Origin: Planctomycetota bacterium
GTDB taxonomy: Bacteria > Planctomycetota > UBA1135 > UBA2386
DNA: 64,000 nucleotides
Assembly: GCA_046290465.1 (NCBI GenBank)
Contig: JBKAGP010000001.1
Location: forward strand, 2,848,001 to 2,912,000
Direction of reading: 5' to 3'
The translations under genes were made by a program, and so were the position numbers. The notes beneath the pieces were generated by a model, which was not told where the DNA came from, ran no database searches, and worked only from the letters and a program-made list of their open reading frames with translations. Below are positions 55,122-64,000 of the stretch, one piece after another (position 1 is the first letter of the stretch; the number at the start of each line of letters is the position of its first letter).

Positions 55122-55763
55122 TCAGCGGCAGCGGAAGCCGTAGCCCCAGCCAGCGCCCCAGCCGTAGCCCCAGCCCCAGCCCGGTCCCCAGAAGCCGCCG
55201 CCCCAGAACGGGTCGTTCCAGTAGCGATCGCGGTAGCGGCCCCGCAGCTGCTGCGCCGGCGCAAACGGCGTCACCTGGCCGACCGCACCAACCCCGTCGC
55301 GCACCGCGAACCGCACGTCGAACGAGTCGACGTCACTCGGGTAGGTGGTCGGCGGCCGGAACACCAGGTCGACGCGCGTGGTCGTGCCCGGCTCGGCGCG
55401 CGGCCGCCCGGCGACCGCCTGGGGCAGCAGCGGATCCTTCAGGTAGCCGTCGACGAACAGCTCCTCGACCCGGATCGAGTCGACGTCCAGTTCGAGCGGC
55501 ACCTCGCCGTTGTTCTCGACCTCGAACGCAACGTGCAGGTCGACCACCTCCTGGTCGTCGTCGGTGAAGCGCGCCTGCGCGCCGTCGGACCAGATCCGCA
55601 CCTCCCCGCGCGTGCGCGCGTCCTCGTCCCGTTCGACCTGGTAGACCGCAGCGCCGCGCCCCTCGGGGCTGGTGCCGGTCAGGTTCTCGCGAGGAGCGAA
55701 GTAGCGCGGCTGCCAGCAGCCGGCCGTCAACGCCAGGAGAGGAAGCCAGAGGAGACCTCGCAT
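55122..55763 (-). CDS. Lipoprotein with Gly/Trp-rich C-terminus
   Basis: LALTAGC lipobox; WGGGFWGPGWGWGYGWG tail. Confidence 0.7.
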   Translation of the reverse strand: MRGLLWLPLLALTAGCWQPRYFAPRENLTGTSPEGRGAAVYQVERDEDARTRGEVRIWSDGAQARFTDDDQEVVDLHVAFEVENNGEVPLELDVDSIRVEELFVDGYLKDPLLPQAVAGRPRAEPGTTTRVDLVFRPPTTYPSDVDSFDVRFAVRDGVGAVGQVTPFAPAQQLRGRYRDRYWNDPFWGGGFWGPGWGWGYGWGAGWGYGFRCR

Positions 55764-55994
55764 GCTGGGGGCATAGCCTACCGCATCCGCGAAACAACCT
55801 GCGCCTGCGACCGGACCAGTCGCACCTGACCGCCACGCGGCCCGACGCCCGCCCGCGCCCCCACCCGCTGCGAACGCCCGCTCGTAGCCCGAATGCGCAG
55901 GAACGTGGCGCCACCAGCGCATGGCCTCGCCAACGTGTCCGCAATCGCCGCATTGGGTGAAAACGCACGCCGACGCGCGGCTTCGGAAGGAACG

Positions 55995-56900
55995 ATGACC
56001 AGCCACCCCCTCCTCTCCCGTTCGCTTCCGATGCTGTTCGCCGTCGCCATTGCGGGCGCGGCGGTCGCACAGGAGGCGAGCCAGCAGCAAAGCGGCTTCC
56101 TCACCGGCCTGCGCGGCTTCGAGAACTTCCACGAGCCGCTCGGCCAGCCCCTCTACTTCGAGTCGCCGTTCAACGACACCGGCGTGCGCGCCCTCTACCT
56201 GCGCCACGACTTCTCCGACAACTCGCCGCTGATGGGCGGCGACGTGACGATCTACGCGGTGCAGGCGCGCGTCGCGCTGTCCGAGCGCTGGCAGTTCCTC
56301 GCCACCAAGGACGGCTACTCCGAGCTGTCGACCGGCCTGCTCGGCGACGACGAAGGCTGGAACGACCTCGCGTTCGGCATCAAGTACGTGCTGCACGCCG
56401 ACGAGCAGCAGGACTGCGTCGTGTCGACCGGCATCCGCTACATGGCCGAGAACGGCCACCGCGGCATCCTGCAGGGCGGCGTCGACGAGTGGAGTCCGTT
56501 CGTCAGCATGGCCAAGGGCTACGGCGACTTCCACGTCCTGTCCAACGTGACGCTGCGCGTGCCGAGCGACACCAACGACGGCAACGTCGTCGGCCACTGG
56601 GACGTGCACCTCGACTACAGCGTCAACCCCGACAGCCAGGCCGTGTTCGCGCCGCTGTTCGAGATCCACGGCGTGCACTACCTCGACGACGGCGCCACCG
56701 CGCTGCCGATCGGCGGCCTCGACTACGCCAACCTCGGCACCCAGCCGGCCGAGAACTTCGTCGCCTGGGCCGGCATCGGCGCGCGCCTCGAGATCGGCCA
56801 CCAGTTCGAGATCGGCGCCTGCTACGAGTTCGCCCTGACGGATCCGGACGACGACATCATGGACAGCCGGATCACCGTCGACTTCATCGCCCGCTGGTAG
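55995..56900 (+). CDS. Exported, probable outer-membrane beta-barrel protein
   Basis: Signal peptide, alternating beta strands, terminal aromatic residue (DFIARW). Confidence 0.65.
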   Translation: MTSHPLLSRSLPMLFAVAIAGAAVAQEASQQQSGFLTGLRGFENFHEPLGQPLYFESPFNDTGVRALYLRHDFSDNSPLMGGDVTIYAVQARVALSERWQFLATKDGYSELSTGLLGDDEGWNDLAFGIKYVLHADEQQDCVVSTGIRYMAENGHRGILQGGVDEWSPFVSMAKGYGDFHVLSNVTLRVPSDTNDGNVVGHWDVHLDYSVNPDSQAVFAPLFEIHGVHYLDDGATALPIGGLDYANLGTQPAENFVAWAGIGARLEIGHQFEIGACYEFALTDPDDDIMDSRITVDFIARW

Positions 56901-56961
56901 GGTTCGCGGTTCGGCGGCGCCCCCCGCATCCGGGCCGCCGCCGCCGGCGAACAGCCTGCCC

Positions 56962-57480
56962 GTGAAGACGTGGCGCCTGCAATCGAGCCTCTGGGTCCCG
57001 CACACCCCCGAGCAGGTGTTTCCGTTCTTCGCGGACGCACAGAATCTCGAACTGCTGACGCCACCGTGGCTTTCGTTCAAGATCCTGACGCCGATGCCGA
57101 TCCACATGCACGTCGGTCAGCTGATCGACTACCGGATCACGCTGCGCGGCCTGCCGATGCGCTGGCGCACGCGCATCGCCCGCTGGGAGCCGGACCACGC
57201 GTTTGCCGACGAGCAGCTGCTGGGCCCCTACCGGGTCTGGCACCACACCCACACGTTCACGCCGCAGGACGGCGGCACGGTCCTCGGCGACGACGTGGTG
57301 ATGCGGCCACGCGGCGGCCCGCTGGCGCCGTTCGTGATGAAGTTCGTGCGCGGCGACGTCGAACGCATCTTCGAATTCCGGGCCCGGGTGATGGCGGCGC
57401 GCTTCGGCGGCAGCGAGGACCGCGCCAGCGTGCGCTGGGTCGACGACCAGCCGGTCAGCGTCCCAGCCGGTGCACGGTGA
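56962..57480 (+). CDS. SRPBCC family protein
   Basis: VFPFFADAQNLELLTPP...FADEQLLGPYRVWHHTHTF. Confidence 0.85.
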   Translation: MKTWRLQSSLWVPHTPEQVFPFFADAQNLELLTPPWLSFKILTPMPIHMHVGQLIDYRITLRGLPMRWRTRIARWEPDHAFADEQLLGPYRVWHHTHTFTPQDGGTVLGDDVVMRPRGGPLAPFVMKFVRGDVERIFEFRARVMAARFGGSEDRASVRWVDDQPVSVPAGAR

Positions 57481-59146
57481 CGGGCATGCGCCCGCCGACG
57501 CGCTCGACGACCTGGCTCGCATAGCGCTGCAGCACCTCGCGCGGCGCGCCGAACGCCGGCGCCATGGCGCGATCGATCGGCGTCTCGATCAGGTAGATCG
57601 CGCCCAGGTCGCCCTGGCGCTGCAGCTGCGCGATCCGTCGGCCGAGCCGCTGGAAGGTGCGCACCGACACCGCGGCGTGACCCTTGACGATCAGGTGCTG
57701 CGCCGGCGCGCCGACCCACAGCGTGGTCGCGCGGTCGCCGGGCAGACGCGCGACGGCGCCGTCGAGCGCGCCGGTCAGCGACGCCATCTCGAGGGTCGGG
57801 AACGCGCGGCCGTCGACCAGCTGCCACAGCCGCAGCGGCGCGAGCACGGCGGCGAGCGCCAGCACGACCGCCGCGCCGCGCCGCGGCAGCTGCGGCACCA
57901 GCGCCAGCGGCGCCAGCGCCACCAGCCAGACGAATGGCAGGAACAGGCGCATCGCGGTGGGGTCGGCGGCATCGCCGTAGAACCACGCCAGCACCAGCAG
58001 CGTGATCGCCAGCGCCGGCGCCGCGACCAGCAGGTCGACGCGGGACGTTCGGCCGCTGGCGACGCGCCAGCCGAACGCCAGCACGCCGACGATCGCGACC
58101 GCGCCGGGCAGCGGGTTGCGCAGCGACGGCGCGAACATCTCGGTGAAGAACGCGCCGGTGTGCTCGACCAGGTTGCCCAACGAGACCAGCGTGCGACCGG
58201 CCGCTTCGGGCGTGAAGTGAGGATCCTGCGCGTGCTGCACCAGGAAGAACAGCGGCGTCACCAGCGTCGGGATCGCCGCCAGCAGCCACCAGCAGCGCGC
58301 CGTCGGCGCGAACCGACGCCGCACCGCCAGCCACACCAGGCCGCCGAGCAGCGCCATCGCCGGCAGCGACTCGTAGCGGGCCTGCGCGAACAGCGCGCTG
58401 CAGCCGAGCAGGGCCGCGAAGCGCGGCTCGTCCGGACGTTCGACGAACGCGAGCGCCGCGATCGTCGTCAGCAGCAGCAGCACGGTGGCGAGCAGTTCGA
58501 ACCCCGCCGACGTCGCGACCACGCCGGTCAGCGGCACGGCCAGCAGCAGCAGCGGCGCGGCGAGTCCGGCGAGCAGGCCCAGCCGCCGCCGCACCGCGAC
58601 GAACGCCGCGAACAGCCCGACCAGCAGCAGCGCCTGGTTGACGAAGAACGCGTTGGCCAGCCGGTAGCCCGCGACGTCGTGCACGAGGCTGCACGCGAAC
58701 GCGAACAGCGTCGGCCGCTTGTCGACCATGTTCTCGAGCGGGAACGGCCGCCCCTCGAACGGGATCGCGCCGGTCGTCATCACCGCGTGCCGCTGCAGGT
58801 GCATGTTCTGGCTGACGCCGACCAGGCTGGTCTCGTCGAACTGCACGCGCATCTGCGGCGGCGACAGCAGGACGACGACGACGACCGCGACGATCGCCAG
58901 CACCAGCCCCGGCCACCACGCCCGCGCCGTCTCGCGCAGCGACGCCTCCCGCGCCCGCCACCGCCACCAGAAGCACAGCGCCGCGAATGCGCAGGTCAGC
59001 GGCATCCACCAGTAGAGCATCCAGCCGAGCCACGCGAGGCCGCCGCCGCCGTCGGCCCACCCCCACCACCATCCCGCCAACAGCATCGGCGGCACCAGGG
59101 ACACCCCGAGCGGCAACAGCACACCGGCACCCGAACGTTCGCTCAC
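57455..59146 (-). CDS. Polytopic membrane protein (GT-C glycosyltransferase-like)
   Basis: More than 10 TM segments; FDE motif in the first loop; ARYE motif. Confidence 0.55.
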   Translation of the reverse strand: MSERSGAGVLLPLGVSLVPPMLLAGWWWGWADGGGGLAWLGWMLYWWMPLTCAFAALCFWWRWRAREASLRETARAWWPGLVLAIVAVVVVVLLSPPQMRVQFDETSLVGVSQNMHLQRHAVMTTGAIPFEGRPFPLENMVDKRPTLFAFACSLVHDVAGYRLANAFFVNQALLLVGLFAAFVAVRRRLGLLAGLAAPLLLLAVPLTGVVATSAGFELLATVLLLLTTIAALAFVERPDEPRFAALLGCSALFAQARYESLPAMALLGGLVWLAVRRRFAPTARCWWLLAAIPTLVTPLFFLVQHAQDPHFTPEAAGRTLVSLGNLVEHTGAFFTEMFAPSLRNPLPGAVAIVGVLAFGWRVASGRTSRVDLLVAAPALAITLLVLAWFYGDAADPTAMRLFLPFVWLVALAPLALVPQLPRRGAAVVLALAAVLAPLRLWQLVDGRAFPTLEMASLTGALDGAVARLPGDRATTLWVGAPAQHLIVKGHAAVSVRTFQRLGRRIAQLQRQGDLGAIYLIETPIDRAMAPAFGAPREVLQRYASQVVERVGGRMPVTVHRLGR

Positions 59147-59311
59147 GCCCGCAGCCTAGCCCCAGCCCCCCAACACCGCGCCCCCGAACGCCGCATACCG
59201 AACCGGGTTCATCCTGCGCCACGCTGCCGCTTCGGCGGCGTGTGCGGCGTCGCAAGACCTCGGCGCGCAAGACCGACGCTCCGGGCAAACGCCAGAGGCC
59301 CGCCCTCCCCG

Positions 59312-60898
<1,587 letters not shown>

Positions 60899-60907
60899 GC
60901 GCGCATG

Positions 60908-60962
60908 CTACGAGGTTTCGTAGGCACAGCTACGAGTTCTCGTCAATCACGACATCTCGTAG
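60908..60962. promoter_or_regulatory. Three palindromic UAS-like sites (ACGA-N4-TCGT core)
   Basis: CTACGAGGTTTCGTAG, CTACGAGTTCTCGTCA, TCACGACATCTCGTAG. Confidence 0.7.
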
Positions 60963-60999
60963 CACAGGCGATTCCCAATCGGATTCGTTAAACGCATTC

Positions 61000-61012
61000 A
61001 ATCAACGACTTA
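61000..61012 (+). promoter_or_regulatory. IHF-like site
   Basis: AATCAACGACTTA matches WATCAA-N4-TTR. Confidence 0.6.
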
Positions 61013-61039
61013 CAGGATCTGAGCCGAATCGACGCGGCA

Positions 61040-61055
61040 TGGCACGGCACCTGCT
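61040..61055 (+). promoter_or_regulatory. Sigma54 -24/-12 promoter
   Basis: TGGCACGGCACCTGCT. Confidence 0.8.
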
Positions 61056-61132
61056 CTACCTCCAGCACGAGCGGCCCACGTCGGGCCGCGAATCCAGAAC
61101 GAACCCAAACGACCCCTTCCGGAGACAGAACC

Positions 61133-61675
61133 ATGTCGCGCATTCCCGCCATCGATCCCGCCCAAGCCCAAGGCCAGCAGAAGGACCTGCTCGACGCCGT
61201 GCAGAAGAAGATGGGCAAGGCCCCCAACATGACCCGCGTGATGGCCAACGCCCCGGCCGTTCTCGAAAGCTACCTGCAGCTGAGCGGCGCGCTCGGCAAG
61301 GGCCAGCTCGACGCCAAGGTCCGCGAGCAGATCGCGCTGACCGTCGGCGAGATCAACCGCTGCGACTACTGCCTGAGCGCGCACACCGCCATCGGCGGCA
61401 TGGTCGGCCTCGGCTCGCACGAGATCGAGAACGCCCGTTCGGCCAAGTCCGACGACGCCAAGACCAACGCGATCCTCGACGTCGCGCGCACGCTGACCGT
61501 CAACCGCGGCTGGTTGACCGACGACGAACTGCAGAAGGCGCGCAACGCCGGCATCGGCGACGGCGAGCTGCTCGAGATCACCGCCAACGTCTCGCTGAAC
61601 ATCCTGACGAACTACGTCAACCACCTCGCCGGCACCGAGATCGACTTCCCCAAGGTGGAGCCGGCAGGCGTCTAG
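61133..61675 (+). CDS. AhpD/carboxymuconolactone decarboxylase family peroxidase-related protein
   Basis: REQIAL...NRCDYCLSAH motif. Confidence 0.9.
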   Translation: MSRIPAIDPAQAQGQQKDLLDAVQKKMGKAPNMTRVMANAPAVLESYLQLSGALGKGQLDAKVREQIALTVGEINRCDYCLSAHTAIGGMVGLGSHEIENARSAKSDDAKTNAILDVARTLTVNRGWLTDDELQKARNAGIGDGELLEITANVSLNILTNYVNHLAGTEIDFPKVEPAGV

Positions 61676-61731
61676 CCGCCGCGCGCGCACGGACACCGAT
61701 ACCAACCAGAGAGACAGAGAGGACCCCCACC

Positions 61732-62103
61732 ATGAAACTCGCAATCGTGATCACCTCCGACCCGAAGACCGGCGAGGACGGCTTCGGCCGCGCCTTCCAG
61801 GGCATGGCGCTCGCCGCCGAGGCGAAGGCCGCCGGCGACGAGGTCGACATCGTGTTCGTCGGCCCCGGCACGCGCTGGCCCGGCGAACTGCAGCAGTTCG
61901 ACCACCCGCTCAACGAGCTCTACAGCAACGTGCGCGACCGCGTGCAGGGCGCGTCGTGCGCCTGCGCCGATGCGTTTGGCGCCAGCGACGACCTCGAGGC
62001 CTGCGGCGTACCCAAGCTGACCGACCTCGCCCTGCCTGGCACCTCCGGTGTCGCGAGCCTGCGGCGCTACCTCGCCGACGGCTGGCAGACGCAGGTCTTC
62101 TAG
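61732..62103 (+). CDS. DsrE-like protein
   Basis: MKLAIVI...FVGPG...GASCACADAFG. Confidence 0.75.
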   Translation: MKLAIVITSDPKTGEDGFGRAFQGMALAAEAKAAGDEVDIVFVGPGTRWPGELQQFDHPLNELYSNVRDRVQGASCACADAFGASDDLEACGVPKLTDLALPGTSGVASLRRYLADGWQTQVF

Positions 62104-62135
62104 CCACCCCCTGACGCCCGACCCGGAGACTCCCG

Positions 62136-62750
62136 ATGGCACGCGAATACCTTCGACGGATGCTGACCCCTTCGGTGCGGGCGGCGCAGACGCACTACTA
62201 CGGCCGGTCCTACCCGGACCAGGGCAAAGAGCCGCTCGAAGAACGGCTCGGCCCCGACGAACTCGCGTTCGTGGCGCAGCGCGACTCGTTCTACCTGGCG
62301 ACGGTGACCGAGGACGGTTGGCCCTACCTGCAGCACCGCGGCGGACCGCCGGGGTTCCTGGTCGCCGACGGCGCGACCACCCTGCTGTTCGCCGACTACG
62401 GCGGCAACCGGCAGCTGATCAGCGCCGGCAGCGTGCAGCGAGAACAGCGCGTGAGCCTGTTCTTGATGGACTATCCGGCGCGCACGCGGCTGAAGATCCT
62501 CGGCACCGCCGAGGTGCTCGACGCGCGCGAGCACCCGGACCTGGTCGCACGCAGCGCGCCACCCGGCGGCCACGCCGCCACCGCCGAGCGGATCTTCCGC
62601 ATCCGCGTCGTCGCCACCGACTGGAACTGCCCCAAGTTCATCACCGAGCGCTACACGCGCCCGGAGATCGCCCAACGGATGAAGCCCCTGCAGCAACGCA
62701 TCCAAGAACTCGAGCAACAGCTCGCCCACCACCAACACCCCGACACCTGA
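62136..62750 (+). CDS. Pyridoxamine 5'-phosphate oxidase-like FMN-binding protein
   Basis: FYLATV...GWPYLQHRGGPPGF...DYGGNRQ...DWNCPKFI. Confidence 0.88.
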   Translation: MAREYLRRMLTPSVRAAQTHYYGRSYPDQGKEPLEERLGPDELAFVAQRDSFYLATVTEDGWPYLQHRGGPPGFLVADGATTLLFADYGGNRQLISAGSVQREQRVSLFLMDYPARTRLKILGTAEVLDAREHPDLVARSAPPGGHAATAERIFRIRVVATDWNCPKFITERYTRPEIAQRMKPLQQRIQELEQQLAHHQHPDT

Positions 62751-62826
62751 CCCGAAAGTTGCAGGACGAACCGCGTACCGTACGGCAACTCTCGGTTGGC
62801 AGCGCGTCCACTAGATGGACGCGCTC

Positions 62827-63996
62827 CTAGCGCACGACCAGCTCGACCACTTCGTCGTCGGGCTCCACCAGCTCCATGGGAGAGATCCTCGGGATCGGCG
62901 CACCAACCGGCGGCCGCCAGCGCGCCCGCAGCTCGAACGCCGTGTCGGTCATCGGCAGCGTCACGACGAAGCGACCGTCGTCGTCGGCCGTCCAGCTCTG
63001 GGCAAGCGCACTCCCGACAAGCTGGCCAAGCTCGAACGACATGCCCTGCCGCGGCCCCGAAGCGAGCACGACCGCGCCGGCCGCCGGCTTGCCGTCCTCG
63101 AGCAATACGCGTCCCTCGACGGCCCGCGTCTCCAGCAGGGACAGCCGCATCTCCGCGCCTCCCGCCGGCAGCGCCATCAGGCCAACGCCCCCGCCCTTGA
63201 CGTAGACGCCCGCCCGCGTGGCGTCGTCCGGATAGGCAAACTGCAGACGGCCGACGCGGTCCGTGACGAAGTCGACGATCGCGTCGAAGCCGCTCTCGTG
63301 GATCAGACGGACGCGCGCGTCGGTCGCCGGCAGCCCCTGGTGGTCGACGACCTGCAGCCTGCACATCGCGACCTCGTCCATCGCGATCTCGCCGAGATCG
63401 ACGTCCTTGCCGACCTGCGCGCACGCCGCCACCCACAGCACCGGCGCCAGCGAACGGTCCGTCTCGGCCGCGAAACCAAAGCGCCGCGCCTCCGACGGGG
63501 ACAGCACCAGCAGCACGCGGCAGCCGGACTGCGGACTGCAGCCGTGCTCGACGAAGCGGCCCTGGTCGTCGGTGCGCACCATCTGCAGCGGCGCACCGAA
63601 GCGCGCGTCGCCGCTGCCGCCGAGGCCGATCGGATGATCGAAGTAGACCGCCACGCCCGCCATCGGCTTGCCCTCGGCATCGCGCAGCCGCCCTCGGACC
63701 GCGTAGCCATCCGCGAGGACCGCGTTCGCGATGCGACGGCCACGCGCGGGCACCACCTGCAGCATCGAGGCGTAGCCGCGCTTCTCGATGCGCAGCAGCT
63801 GCGTGCCGGTCCTGCCGGTCAACGCATTGACGCTCGGCAGCCGGAACCGCGCAACGCCTTCGGCGTCGGTCTCGGCGACCCGCACCGACGTCACGCTTGG
63901 ATCCCGGCCACCTGCGGAGTAGCTCGGCATCGACGCAAGCGAGGCGCCGGCAACCGGCTCGCCAGCACCATCGCGGCAGCGCACCTCGACGGCCAC
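62827..63996 (-). CDS. Carboxypeptidase-regulatory-like repeat protein (5' end outside the window)
   Basis: Repeated GR.RD..G.P.AG..V...TD..GRF modules. Confidence 0.7.
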   Translation of the reverse strand: MAVEVRCRDGAGEPVAGASLASMPSYSAGGRDPSVTSVRVAETDAEGVARFRLPSVNALTGRTGTQLLRIEKRGYASMLQVVPARGRRIANAVLADGYAVRGRLRDAEGKPMAGVAVYFDHPIGLGGSGDARFGAPLQMVRTDDQGRFVEHGCSPQSGCRVLLVLSPSEARRFGFAAETDRSLAPVLWVAACAQVGKDVDLGEIAMDEVAMCRLQVVDHQGLPATDARVRLIHESGFDAIVDFVTDRVGRLQFAYPDDATRAGVYVKGGGVGLMALPAGGAEMRLSLLETRAVEGRVLLEDGKPAAGAVVLASGPRQGMSFELGQLVGSALAQSWTADDDGRFVVTLPMTDTAFELRARWRPPVGAPIPRISPMELVEPDDEVVELVVR

Positions 63997-64000
63997 CGGC

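Noticed and set aside
55135..55205. Short tandem DNA repeats (CCCCAGCC)
   Set aside because: Explained by the Gly/Trp-rich protein tail encoded on the minus strand

Overview
High-GC bacterial chromosome; the accessory gene set (sulfatase, RskA-type anti-sigma, Gld-like ABC/DUF4340 locus, UGA-containing redoxin) suggests Planctomycetota, which is inference only. Positions 948-43732 are an apparently intact ~42.7 kb siphovirus-type prophage integrated in tRNA-Phe(GAA) between two identical 59-bp att repeats. It carries an integrase, a repressor, a small cargo island, lambda-like tail genes with a GGGAAAG frameshift, a Mu-gpT-like capsid, lambda-like protease, portal and terminase, a candidate cos site, and a replication gene with iterons. 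The most striking pattern is that small virion structural modules recur as C-terminal anchors on large cargo domains. A capsid-decoration paralog (80/136 identical by hand count) ends an 880-aa beta-helix protein, a gpW-like module ends a 1183-aa tandem SGNH-esterase-like protein, and a gpM-like module ends a 592-aa protein while a free gpM-like paralog lies elsewhere. A decayed copy of the same integrase follows attR. The right ~18 kb is host DNA, including a probable selenoprotein redoxin (UxxC plus SECIS-like hairpin) and a sigma54-controlled AhpD/DsrE/PNPOx operon. All family assignments come from recalled motifs and synteny; no database search was run.
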